Shown: one piece after another, positions 10,903 through 23,700 of the stretch
How positions within the stretch are numbered: position 1 is the stretch's first letter
How the letters are laid out: each line of letters opens with the position of its first letter
Source: Harriotta raleighana
Lineage: Eukaryota
Length of the DNA stretch: 64,000 nucleotides
Reading direction: 5' to 3'
Assembly: GCA_050575255.1 (NCBI GenBank)
Contig: JBNZDD010013717.1
Coordinates: forward strand, 4,480,457 to 4,544,456
The notes under the pieces: generated by a model
Told to the model about the DNA's origin: nothing
What the model saw: only the letters and a program-made list of their open reading frames with translations
The model's database searches: none
Made by a program: the position numbers and the translations under genes

Positions 10903-11526
10903 GTGAATTCACTTGGACGTATTTAAACAAGTGGAAAAAAAAATCATCATGTGTTACTTAGTTTGAATTTATACTTCTGAGCTCAGGGCAAAGAACTGGT
11001 TAAAAAATGACTGTTTTAAACACGTATTTTCTATTGAGTTTTATTGAACAAACAACCCAGCACCAGTAATGACCGCAAGTACATTCAGAATCTGCTCATT
11101 AGCAAGTGAAATCATAGAATTCCAGTGCTGTGTACAGAAATTATTGCTGTATGATTTGAGGATTTAGACTTCTGTTGTTAGAACAAGTTTAAATTCTGCT
11201 TTAAATAGTAATCGTCATTTAATTTTCCCAGTTTAATGCTCTAGTTCATAGAAGTGAATGGACCTTGTAGGTGATGGAACATATTGCAGAACCATTGTTT
11301 AACACCTGCCAAGGAGAAAGAGAGATTGAATAGTCCTCACCCCTTTGAATTAGCAATTTTGGGTTGTCCATAACAAGGATAGGCAGCTGGCGAGATATTA
11401 TTATTATTCCTGGTGTATTGGAATTGATGAAGGCCTGAGAAAATATTACCTGAATCCCATTCCCTATCAGTCACAGCTAATATCTACCTAACTGAAGTTA
11501 GTGATTTAGAGTTCTCTTAAGTTAAA

Positions 11527-11670
11527 TAACAACAGCTACTTTGATTTATATAGCGCCCTCCACGTCGAACGGCATCTCAGAGCACTTCACAACAATGGAT
11601 CCAGGGCCAAGCCAGGGGCAGGGGTAGAAAGGTGACCAAAGGCACAGTTGAAGAGAAAGGTCTTTAGGTG
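11527..11670 (-). mobile_element. L2 3' tail
   Basis: ttgatttatatagcgccctccacgtcgaacggcatctcagagcacttcacaac, shared with the copies at 26338, 36340 and 46403. Confidence 0.75.
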
Positions 11671-12330
11671 GGAATAAGCACAAATAGACCTTTGTTACAA
11701 TGCACCTCATGGAATGTAATTCTCTCTTGGCTTTCAAATATCGTTTCATAAAAGTTTCATGTATGAGTTTCTCAGCTCTATCCCAGTTTAATTTCACTAA
11801 CATTTTAACCACTTAGACAATGTTATTGTAATTCTCCAGTGTTATTTATTTTGCTTTTATTTTCTGTCAAATACATGTTTGCACACCTAAACACACTCAA
11901 CTCTTTTTAAGAGTTACTTCAGGACTTTGATCGTTTGCATATACAACATCTGCTTTGGGCTGCATTTTATACAGCGGACAGTTGTCAGGATTGTAATTCT
12001 TTCAGTTTACTATATTTGAAGATATTCTGTACCAGAAAGAGCTTGCTTGCATGTGCTTGGACTTCTGTCTGATCTGATCTTTTATAACATCAATTGAGTG
12101 CAAGTTGAGCTGATTATTTATTGACCTCATAATCTATTTCTGAACTTGAAAACCTTGTTGTCACTAATTGTTGGTGTTGCAGCATAGCTAATATATTTTC
12201 CCAATATCTTTTAGTTATTAGATTCTCCTTTCATAATCACACTCAGCAAAGTAAGTTTGCTACTCATCATCATTTATCATCTTTAATAATCTCCAAACCA
12301 AACTGCTGAAAATTCCATATATTTTATAAC

Positions 12331-12668
12331 AGTAATCTTTGCGTTTGATTTAGCACCTGATCAAGCCTTCGAGGCGCCTCAAAATGCTTCATGGGATGTG
12401 CGGTAAAGTCAATTGTTGGCATATTGTGTGGTTGAAATGCAGCAGCCAATTGGACATAAAGTGTCCCACAAACAGCCGTGGATTGGATGACCTAATTATC
12501 TGTAAACAATTTTGAAGGGATTATTGCCACCACAAAAGTGATCTGCCAATCGACGAACAACCAAGTTCTTAAGACGTGGAGTAAGCAAAGTTTCACCCTG
12601 CCCGAGAATCCAATCTGGGTCCTCTCACATGTGAGAGGGGTGATCTAATCAGTACTCCACGGGACTCC
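12331..12668 (-). mobile_element. tRNA-derived SINE, diverged
   Basis: Reverse complement of the window SINE consensus, with head ggagtcccgtggagtactgattag and central tgtttgtgggacac. Confidence 0.75.
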
Positions 12669-13707
12669 ACTTTATGTATGGTTTCTGTTTCGTAACTTAT
12701 AATGCCTATTATATCACACCCTGTATCATCAGAAAGTCTCAAAACACTTCACAGAAATTATTGCAAAGTTTAGTAACATTGTATTTTGTAGGTGATCGCA
12801 GGACCCAATTTACATATAGCAATGTCTGACAAACCTCCATGAAGTGAATGACCAATTTTATCTGAAGTAATAAAATGGCCAGGAAGCCATGAGAAATCCA
12901 CTTTTTGAATGGTGCCGTGGGATTTTTAATGTCCATCTGAACAGATGGAACTTTGATTTAACGTATAATCAAAGACATTGCAGCTTGCACCCAGAGAAAT
13001 GTTACCAACTGAGAGTGACTGAGAATCTGGAGTAATAAATACAGTATATGGTATAATGCCCCATGAATTATCAAAAAAAATAAAAATGGATAGATATCTA
13101 CTGTATTTTTACTTGGTAAGCATTCAAGTTCTTAAAGGAGAGTTGGGTTTCTTGAAACATTTGCAAACACTCACCCATCCACTTCAATTTATTACACTTT
13201 AGTGCTTGATCAGTGCTTTTCAGATGAAGAATGGAGGCAAAAGCCAATGTTGAATTTATTGTTTTATTATTAGCCATCAGTACTGCTGTTGAAAATGCTG
13301 AATCCCCTGCTGTTTCCTCAGCAAATGATGAAAGGAAATACACCATCTCAATAAATTAAAGACAAAGCATTTTAGCAAAAAATACATTGTTTTGGTCTAA
13401 ATCATTTATAAGAATTGAGATACATTAGGCGAGTAGTTCCTTCTCTGCTAAATGGAGAGACCTTGATAATTTATGCTTTGAAGGAAAAAATCTAATCTAG
13501 AGGCAAGATGAATTTCACCTGCCGTGTGAACTCAGCAACTTCACTTGCAAACTTCGTGTGAATCTTGTATCTTTTACATTCATCCAGTATACTGATTATA
13601 GGAATGGACCAATTGGTTATGATGTTGGTATGAGTATTAAAAAGAATCTAAAACCCAAACTATAGTAAATTTCAGTACATTTCTTAAGTGAATGAACGAG
13701 TACAATA

Positions 13708-14064
13708 TAGTAAAACCTAATACAGTTTATCCAGCATCCTCGGGACCTGCTGGGTGCCGGTTTATCAAATATGCCGGATATTCGAGTGGCAAATTGCCGA
13801 AAATTCTACACAAAAAATTAGCTTATTTTAAAACATACCATATTAATAAGACTAAATAATAACAGAATATTGTATGGATACTTACCAATAAAGCATTGCA
13901 GCACGCTCAGTAAAATGATCGGTAAAAATGCATTGCAGTGCTCGGTAAATTTAAGAAGTGTGCATGCACCATGCATGTGCAAAGTGATCATACCACAAGT
14001 GTCCCTGATCTTCCAATACAATTGGGAGATTGAGAATTGGCAACCGGATATAAAGGTTTTACTG
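13708..14064. mobile_element. Tigger/pogo-type MITE (short member)
   Basis: TA|TAGTAAAACCT ... AGGTTTTACTG|TA. Shares the aacataccatattaataagactaaataataacagaatattg block with the copies at 1099, 3786 and 44000. Confidence 0.8.
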
Positions 14065-14396
14065 TACATTCATTTGGATAAATCAGAAGAAGTTTTAACA
14101 TGTCATGAAAACTAGGAATATGAGTTTTAATTTGAAGGTATGCCAATTTATGGTTTACAATGTATAATCCCCAAACCAGTTTCCTCATTTTACTGTCAAT
14201 ATTTATCATGCCCTGAACAACATTCTACTGATAGAAACATCATTTTAATATCCGTTTGGGTTTTTCATAACTAAATCACAAATAAAAAATTATGTACCTT
14301 CTGTTTGTTCCTTGCATAGATTTCTTAATCGAACAACATATATGTAAGAAAACATGCAGCATTATGCATTAATACAGGAATACAAACAAAAGCAAG

Positions 14397-15765
14397 CAAC
14401 AACAACAACAAAATTACATTTATATACCACCTTTCACGTCAGGAGGATGTCCCAAGGTCCTGGAAAGGTTATTGCCTCAGACCCGAGCTAAGGACAGGGA
14501 GGGAAGGCAGGAGTCGCCGATAGGACTATCGAAGAGTATAGTCTTGAGGCAAGACTTGAAGGAAGCCAGGGAGGGTGTGAGAGGGAAGCAATTTGGATGG
14601 AGTTCCAGAGGTTGGGGGCACAGTGACTGAAGGTTCGCCCGCCTATGGTTGGGCGGGTGGGTCGGGGGACATGCAGCAGGCCAGAGTGCTGAGCGGAGAG
14701 CACTTGCAGGTTGATAAGCTCCTGTGGTTTAGTGGTTAGAGCACTCGCCTTACAAGCATGAGACCTGTGTTCGAATCCTGGTAGATCAGGGCGAAACCTT
14801 GGGCAAGTTTCCTTACTCCACATGCCTAATAATAATCCCTCCAAAAATACCACAATAATAAAATTGGTCATTTCAATCCATGACTGTTTGTGGGACGCTG
14901 CTGTGCGCAATTGGCTGCCACATTCCACCCACAAATATACAGTCAATTCACTTTACAGTATATTCTGTGAAGCACTTTGAGACGTCGATAAAATGTGAAA
15001 AGTGCTATATCAAATGCAAGGATTATTATTATTACAAGGGGACAGCCGGTCGCGGATGTAGGGTGAGGTTTTGGAGGGCTTTATATGTGAGGACCAGGTT
15101 CTTGAATTGGATCCTCTGGGTGACGGGGAGCCAATGGAGTCGGGCAAGGAGGGGTGAGATGGGGGTCACGAAGTTTGGAATGAGAGAGGATATGGGCTGC
15201 AGAGTTTTGGATTAACTACAGCCTGTGGAGGGAGGAATAGGGGAGGCCGACCAGCAAGGCATTTGCATACTCGAGCTGGAATGTAATGAAGGCGTGGATG
15301 AGGGTTTCAGCGGTTTTAGGGGTCAGATAATGGTGGAGTCGGGAAATGTTGCGGAAGTGGGGAAAGGCAGAGTGAGTCATTGCTTTGATGTGAGGGAGGA
15401 AAGACAGTTGAGGGTCAAACAAGACACCTAGTTTCCTGACTGGCATGGTGAGGTTGAATGTGCAACTATGGAAGTTGATGAAGCCAGCGACTGATGGACG
15501 GAGGCGCTGGCGTGAGCCAATCATTAGGGCCTCGGTCTTGTTGACGTTCAACTGTAGAAAGTTAGCTCTCATTTCAGGACTTGATGTCTGACAGACAGTC
15601 TGTCAGGACAGTGGTAGTCCTGGAGCCAAGGGTAGAGGCAGAAAGATAGAGTTGGGTGTCATCTGCATGCATGTGGAAGTTAACCCCAAGCCTGGATGAT
15701 GTCACCAAGTGGGAGCACGTGTAGATTGAAAAGTAAGGGGCCAAGGACAGAGCCCTGGGGGACAA
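14397..15765 (-). mobile_element. 5'-truncated L2 LINE (RT C-terminal half to 3' tail), interrupted by a SINE
   Basis: HADDTQLY, ANFLQLNVNKTE, AETLIHAFIT, GGRTFSHCAPNLWNS, and an (AAC)n tail near 14397. Confidence 0.9.
14717..15034 (+). mobile_element. Full-length tRNA-derived SINE nested in L2
   Basis: Box A-like tttagtggttagagc, box B gttcgaatcc, conserved core tgtttgtgggacgctgctgtgcgcaattggctgcc and an (ATT)n tail. Confidence 0.88.
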
Positions 15766-16617
15766 AATGAAGCAAAACACAACTCATTTTACAGGCAAGT
15801 AAAACATGCATTTGACGAACTTCATGGTGGGGTGGTGGTGAAGTACAGTATTGAATACATATTTACAAATGAACAAATTCCAGAACATTTATTTCTCTCA
15901 CCACTTGACTATTTGTGTCTATTTTCTCTCCACTGACAGCATTTGCTCACCACATTTCCTTCCCCCAGTAACTTGGGACTCCCAGAATTCCCAGAATCAA
16001 TCTTGTTCCTTTTCTCTCAAAACTCGCTAGGCCTTTTCAGGATAAAATACAAAACTATACCTTATATTCCTCGGATGTATGCTTTATAACTTTGGAACTG
16101 AAAATAAGATCTGCTTTGATAACTTTGTTATTCACCCACATATACTGCATACAGTCAATTCACTTTACAGTATACCCTGTGAAGCACTTTGAGAAGTCTA
16201 GAAGATGTGAAAAGTGCTATCTGAAATGCAAGATTTCTGAATCAAGCAATATTATTTTAAAAATTATATCAACCAGTAAAGCTGATAAGACAGCTTGTAC
16301 GAGCATTAAGTCATAAAAATCTCTGTAGTACTGTAAGTTGAATTGGAATTTATAAAGATTTATGGAACCTTCAATATATTAATATCAAATATTTCCTTAG
16401 AAGCATTTTATTAATGAGGAGATTTTCTAATCATGCCTGAATTGTCCAGCATGGTAATTCCACTGTCTCTTTATAATAAAAATAATCCTTGCATTTGATA
16501 TAGCATCTTATCATGTCTTCAGGATTTCTATAGCGCTTCACAGAATATACTTCAAAGTGAATTGATGTATATATTTGTGGACCAAATGCTTTGCTTGTGA
16601 TTTCATGATCAAATAGT

Positions 16618-16922
16618 GGAGCCCTGTAGCTCAGTGGTTAGAGAACTCGCCTTACAAGGGTAAGACCTATGTTCGAATCCAGGCAGGGTGAAACCCTGGA
16701 CATGTTTCCTTTCTCCACACATAAAATAATAATCCCTGAAAAAAAAGACTATAAAAAAATTGGTCATTTCAATCTATGACTGTTTGTGGGACATTGCCAT
16801 GGGCAATTGGCTGCTTTGTTTCGCCCACAATTATATGGTCAATTCACAATATATTCTGTGAGGCGCTTTGGATGTGGTTAAGATGTGAAAAGCGCTATAT
16901 CACATACAAGGATTGTGATTAT
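16618..16922 (+). mobile_element. Full-length tRNA-derived SINE
   Basis: GGAGCCCTGTAGCTCAGTGGTTAGAG head, GTTCGAATCC box B, family core and tail. Confidence 0.88.
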
Positions 16923-18088
16923 AGTATCTGACTGAAGATTCTACCCAGTGCTGACTACCGTTAAAATGTTCTCCATACACTGGGCTTTTAAAAATAAGAT
17001 AGCCACCTTCATCTTTAGTGCTTGATCAGCCTTCTTCCACCCTCCGAACCCCTGCCCCAACCTGCCCTCCACCCTTCCTGTCCCCAACTCCCTGTTTGAG
17101 TTCAAAAACCCCTTAATTGTCCAGCGTTTTACAAGTATAATTTGTTGCTGTTGTGTTAGAAAACTCTATGGAATACTCTTGATGCTCTAATTATTCCAAT
17201 TGTTTCATTGTAAATATGTTGAGAACATGAAAACACAGTTGCAAATTTTTCCAGCTTCTTACTGTATATTTGTGATGCTCCTTTTGGGAGGGGAGTGACA
17301 CTTATAATATTGTCAGGAATGCTAACTGAGGGATTCAACTCTCTCACTCATTTGTTACACATATCTACAACACATAATGCTCTCTGGAAAAGGTCATGCA
17401 GAAGAAATGTTGTAAAGATTTAGGGGAAAGGGTGTATATGCTTCTTTGAACAATTAGTATGAGAATGGTGATGTTTGCAACATGACCTGCCAGCTTTGCA
17501 AATTGAGGTTGCTTGATTTTCATCTCATACATTTAAGATGGAGAACATGTTTGGGTTCTCAGATTGACTACAGTTTCACAGCCGTTACTACATTCCTGCA
17601 TTCTAATGCGAATAAAAATACTGTATATGTATTCATGCCACATCTCGGTATGCATAATCACATTATAATCATTGTGAATTATAATGTATTATTCTTTTTG
17701 TTTATATAAAAGAAAAAAAAATCACCCAAGAAAAACTATTAACCTTTTTCAGGTTTGGCCATTAAATACATTTTCTAGTATTTATCCATTGGAGCTGACT
17801 TTAAAAAAATGTTCTTTTTCAGAAATAACACAATTTCCTGCATCGCCCAATAAAACATCATGTAAAACTAGGAATTAAGTTATAGAACCAAAATACCTCA
17901 CTGGAAATAACTCTGTGCTTCTAAGTCAAATGCAAACATTGAAGTACAGATGTGTCTGGCTGGTCTTCCATAATAACAAATTATGCCAATCTGTTACTTC
18001 AATGTAGTAGAAGCTCGGCTGTGGACACTCATATTACAGTCAATTCACTTTACAGTATATTCTGTGAAGCTCTTTGAAACATCTAGAA

Positions 18089-18393
18089 CAGTGTTTCTCA
18101 ACAACTGGTCCATGGACCGATGCCAGTCTGCAGCAGTGACTTCGCCGATCTGTGTGAGATTAGAGAAAAAATAAATACAGTATATATAAATTTTGAAGAA
18201 AAGAAAGACATGAGTTTCAGATTATTCAATTTAATTAAACCCCAGTGTCTGCACTTTCATTTAATTTCAAGCTAATATGCACAAACCTAGCAGTAAAAAA
18301 ATAGACAAAAATGGCCAGGACCTTAAAAGAGGTCCACGTCAGTTTAGGAAGATAACCAACCAGTCCCTGGCATCAAAAAGGTTGAGCATACTG
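18089..18393. mobile_element. hAT-Charlie-type MITE inserted in a SINE fragment
   Basis: Termini CAGTGTTTCTCAAC ... GTTGAGCATACTG. 8-bp TSD atctagaa/gtctagaa matches the NTCTAGAN Charlie target preference. Confidence 0.85.
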
Positions 18394-19179
18394 GTCTAGA
18401 AGATGTCTAAAAGCGCTGTATTATAAATTTCCAGAAGTGACACTGTAGCCATTACAACCGTTCAACTTGTCTCACTTCAAGGAACTGCCAATTGGAGGCG
18501 AGGGACATACTTAGGTAGATCTGTATTCCTGTGGAGGTGATTCAACCAACAATAGAGGAATATCTTTTTTCAGACAGGGAAATAATGAAACTGAACAGAG
18601 GGGTTATCACACAAGATCTGGATAGTGGAGCAGGATGTCTTTTCTCTTTCCTCTGTTGGTGTGCATTACTCCAAATGTCCACTTAAGATGGTCTCCTGAT
18701 GTTAAAGGCTCTACGTAAAGGCTCTTGTTTTGTATAGCTACAGAGAGCTATTAAAATAGTTGTCTACCTGCTTGCTTCTGTGGTCAAACGTTATTTACAC
18801 ATATCGTTTTCAGCAGTGATTGCATGCTAGCAATCTAAGGCTCACAGATGATGATAATAATCATAACCTTTATATTTGATGTAGCATCTTATCATGTCAG
18901 AAGGGTGTTTCAAAGTGCTTCATAGCATTTACTGTGAAATGGAGTGACTGTGTATTTGTAGACAAACCTGGCAATTTAATTGCACACAATAATGATTCAC
19001 AACACAGCATGAAACAAAAGACAAATTTTATTTGGGGATTGTTGAGCAGGACACAGGGAGAAACGCCCTTCTGAATGCATAATTGTCCTCATGTTTTTAA
19101 GCACAAAGCCTCATTTTTCAAAAATAGAATTATGTAGAAGTCACTAATAGTGAAAAACTAAATTTAAGAATTTTTTCAA

Positions 19180-19496
19180 AATAATAATAACAATCCTTGC
19201 ATTTGATATAGCGCTTTTCACATCTTATTGACGTCTCAAAGTGCTTCACAGAATATACTGTAAAGTGAATTGACTGTATTTTTGTGGACAAAATGAGGCA
19301 GCCAATTGTGCACAAGAGTGTCCCACAAACAGTCATGGATTGAAGTGATCAATTTTTTTTTTTTGGGGGGGAGGGACTGTTATTAGGCATGTGGAGTAAG
19401 GAAACTTACCCAAGATTTCACCCTGACCTGTCTAGATTCGAACACACATCTCATGCTTGTAAGGCGAGTGCTCTAACCTCTGAGCTGCAGGACTCC
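19180..19496 (-). mobile_element. Full-length tRNA-derived SINE
   Basis: Reverse complement of the family consensus from the ggagtcctgcagctcag head to the (ATT)n tail. Confidence 0.88.
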
Positions 19497-20604
19497 ATAT
19501 ATTGCATATGTAAAATTTTAAGACAGTTGGCATCAAACTATGGGAAAGTTTGTGATTTAGGAATGTGAGCAAAGGCCAAAAAGGCCAATCTTTCCTGTTC
19601 ACTGAAACTCAGACTGAGATCAGTTAGCTCAGCTCAAACCAGCAGATATAACTGGGACCCCCTGGATCTGTATCATTCAGTTCAAAAACTGGTAACTAAC
19701 CAATTTACCCATTGATGAGTTTATTTTTCCCCAGAATATATCAAACTATGTTATCTTAATACCATCACCAAAGGGCCAGCCATAGCCGAGTCTGGGAGAA
19801 TTACAACAACGGTAGCTCTGTCTTCTGATTTTGGATTCTAACATGGGCTTCACTTCAAACTTTCTACAGCTTCTGGGCAGGACGTAAATGGTTCTTGCCC
19901 CATTTGCATCACCATTGCTTCATTTCCATGTTAATGTACTTTGAACAGCTTTTAAATTAGTGCAACCACTGATTTTAAAAATACAATGGATATTTAAACA
20001 ATAAAGTATATTTCTCAGATCATCTATCTGCTTAGTAAATTGAACCAACACTGAAGGTATGTTGGTGATGTTATTGCTGTTGACTTAGGCTCGTTAGATA
20101 TTTGATAGAAATGCTCTCCAATGATTTACAACACTTTTCACTACTAAGTAGCTTTGTGCTTCATTGGTATGCAAGTCACTGCTTTTTGTCTGAACTTCAG
20201 AAAGATTAAGCTGTGGGAGAGGTTAGGCCAAGACCCCTGATGAAATAAACTGCCACAGAACTGTACAGAAATCTCGCTATTCCCTTGCTATGAAAACAGA
20301 CCTAGTGCTTGACTCATACTAACATCAAATAAGCTTCATGTCTCCTTTCTAAAATGAAAAAAGTTTGTTTCCTGCTTTGGAGTAAAGTCTCAGTGCTACA
20401 ATTTCAATCAGAATTGGCATGCTGAAGACCCTATTCCTTGAAGTATTTTTTTCTGAGAATTAAAGAGAAGAGAAAAAACCTGTGGCAACCAGACAAAGAA
20501 ACTCTAAACTAATTATCCATTCTGATACTGTTGCGGGGAACCTGCCTCATCAGAAATGTGGCATTTGCAGGCAGAATAATTCAAATAGATATTATTAAGC
20601 ACAT

Positions 20605-20765
20605 CATAGAATCTTAGAATCATACAGCACAGAAGGAGGTCATTTGACCCATTGCGTCTATGCCGGCTCTTTGGAAAGAGCTGTTCAAATCCCACTGCCC
20701 CGCTCTCTCTCTCTCTCTCTATGGCCATGCAAATGTGTCCGCCCAAAATATTCTGATATTCTACT
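20605..20765 (-). mobile_element. CR1-type LINE 3' end
   Basis: catagaatcttagaatcatacagcacagaaggaggtcattt, a (TTCTATGA)-like tail on the minus strand. Same element type at 29335. Confidence 0.7.
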
Positions 20766-23700
20766 TGACTGGACCCCACAGTGTTACAGTTACAATTAAG
20801 ATAAACCACTATTTAATTAGTATATTGGATTGTCAGTGTTTTGGATATTCAAATATAGCCAGTGATTGGTCCGCACTACTTATTAACTGCAATCATACCA
20901 CTGAAAGGAGCTTAGTGGAGCACAATTCTTTTAGGCAGATCATTGCTAAAACTGGAGCAAATATTACCAGTAACCCAGTTTCTAACTATTAGTATATCAC
21001 TCTTAACAGCGGTTAAGCATATTTGAGATAATTTTAAAACTTGTAGATTTAAAAAAAAGTAAATGGTAGTATTGGTAGACAGAATTTGAATTTAATTTGA
21101 TGTTTTGTCAATTGGGATAATAATCAAAGTTCTCCTTAGTTGGCACTGTTGTTTCTGAAGTACAATGTAACTATTGTCCTCACATTGGATCGAAAAGAGA
21201 CGATTGGAGTATGAATAACAGCTGCCTGTTGTGCTGCAAACTGATTAATCTTCATTCAAGTCAGCCTACGAAGTCCACAATGTTCTTAATGAGGCAGATT
21301 GAACTATAATAACCTCTTAGCTCAGCTGAGTAAGCTTGGTTACTTGTGGGGGTTGGGGAACGGCTGTGATGAAGAGTTGTAAATTATAACACGTTGGTTG
21401 ATAACAAGCTTATGCTTCAGCACAAAGTTTTACAATGTGGAAACGCTACCTTAATTTAAAACACCTCTATGCTTTTATGTTTACATTTCTCTAAGGTGCT
21501 GGCTTTAATAAAATATCTGACACAGATATCTTATTAAAGTAACTGGGGTGATATCACAGATGGCCTCTGAAATCATGTGATGATATCTGTGAATAATTTG
21601 TGTTAAATATTGGCTGAGAGAGCTGTACCCATTCATTCTCTCTTTCGCTAATTCAACCAGAGTTACAACTATTTTAAAATCACACCTTACCGTCATTTAA
21701 TTTGCAATTTAGCTATTATCTTTTATTTGAAGAAAGTTACTTTCTCAGTCCACATGATCGTCCCTTAACAGACTCCCATCAACTATAAATGTAGTTTCTT
21801 GTAGAATGTGTGTGTAGATATGCACTCCGCACTTTCAAATCCCTCCTAAAGACCTTCCTTTTGTATTATGCTTGCGGTTACCTCTTCCCTCTCTCTCCTT
21901 CTGGCTTGGGATCAAACTGCCATGGGACACTACCCTGCGTGAATAGGGCTATGTAAATGCAATTTGTTGTTGTTGTAGGTACAGTTATAGTAACTTTTCT
22001 CGAGTATTGTGGTTTCATGTCTCTTACACAATGCATTCAGTGCCAGTAAGTGCTCTAACATTGAGAGAAATAGCACTTAATTGTCACACTCGAAAAATCA
22101 CACAAATACGTACAAAGGTTTTTTTTAAAAGTAAGTCCATTCAGAAAATGGATTTGAAGGTCAGAAAGGGCTTTAAGAAACATGTGATTTACGTGAATGA
22201 AATGATCCATTTTTGTATGGAGCTGAGAGTCTGGTTCAATTACAATAAGATTATTTTCATTGAATATTTCATTGATTGCCTTACACAAGCATGTTATTAA
22301 TAATAATACTGCTTGCATTTTATATAGAACCTTATCACATCTTCTGGACGCCTTAAAGCACATCATAGAAAAGAGAATTGACTGCAAATTTTTGTGAGCG
22401 TAATGTTAATGTAGTGAGTGAAATACAATTCTGGCTTCACATGTATTATAGTGGAAGAGCAGAACCTGAGTCTTTGTCCCGACTGCCAACTGTCCCATAG
22501 CCCAGCTTGGTGCCATCAATGTACGAATGTAACTTCAACTGGCCTTGCAACCTAATCCTAATTAACACAGATTGCTGACGATATCATCTGCAGTAAATCC
22601 TGATTATTCTCTAAGATATCATCCTATGTGAAGAGGGCTAAACAAATGCAAGTTATTCTCGTCGTTGTTGATGAGTGCAATGCTGATTGGTCACATTTTT
22701 TGTTCATATTTTAAGTTCAGAGAATTTAATGATGTCCACAACAACACTAAAAATAATTCAACATGTTCACATTTAGAATCAAGAATTAGGAATGCATCAT
22801 CTTCTCTCTATCTTTCTCCCCTCACCCCCGCCCCAACCCACTCTCTCCCTCTCGTTTTTCAGTGCTCTTCAACTTAGGAGCTTTACACAGTTTGATAAAT
22901 TGAACTATTCAGTTCATTGTAAATGTGTACACTAGAGTCATTGATTTGTTTCCCACATGATGTCATGCAAGGGTGGGAAAAGACTGCACGCTTGGTGGGA
23001 TATCCTTCAGTCTCATGCTTCATTGTGGATCTGTCAGTCCATGAATACTTTCCTTCAACTTGCTTTGTGTGCAAGGCCTTTAGCTGGGCTCTGATTTAGA
23101 ATTAAGCAGATTGTGTCCCAAGTGGACTGAGCATGACCAGTTTGGCTGCAGCCACTCAGTGTATGGTTTGCTGATTACATCACTGTCAGATGATGGATGC
23201 CAGACAGCCCTAGCCTCCGCTTTATTATTCCTGAGCAGCACTGAGGAAGCTTGAAAAAAATAGCAGGCCAGGCAGTTGTGGGAGTGCTTGTGCATGGAGT
23301 GCATGCTAATGAACAGAATCAGAATATCCACTGTCTCCAAGATAACACTGTAGTGAAATGAACAGGCCTCTACCAATACACACTTGAAAGAATTAGGACA
23401 ATATGTTTTCTGAATGTTGACATGCAACGATAATTACTCTGGAAAGTGTAAATCAACTCAAATGAAGCAATTGCTGCAAAATGTTAAAACAACTGATGTT
23501 TAAAAACATTTTAGTCAGATCTTATCTCCCAAAATGAAAAGTGCCATATCAACTGCAATAATTATTTTATCATTTACATCAATATTTTGTGAGCTACACA
23601 TCAGTGCAACTTTCACCTCACAAAAAAAAGAAGCATGTTTAATAAATCAGTACAGCCAGTGAAAATCAAATGAATGCAAAATAACATAATTTACAACAGC

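Noticed and set aside
16618-16690. tRNA-like sequences (Val/Ala-like heads) here and at 14717, 52141 and 62312
   Set aside because: Each continues into the SINE body and lacks a proper acceptor stem; these are SINE heads, not tRNA genes.
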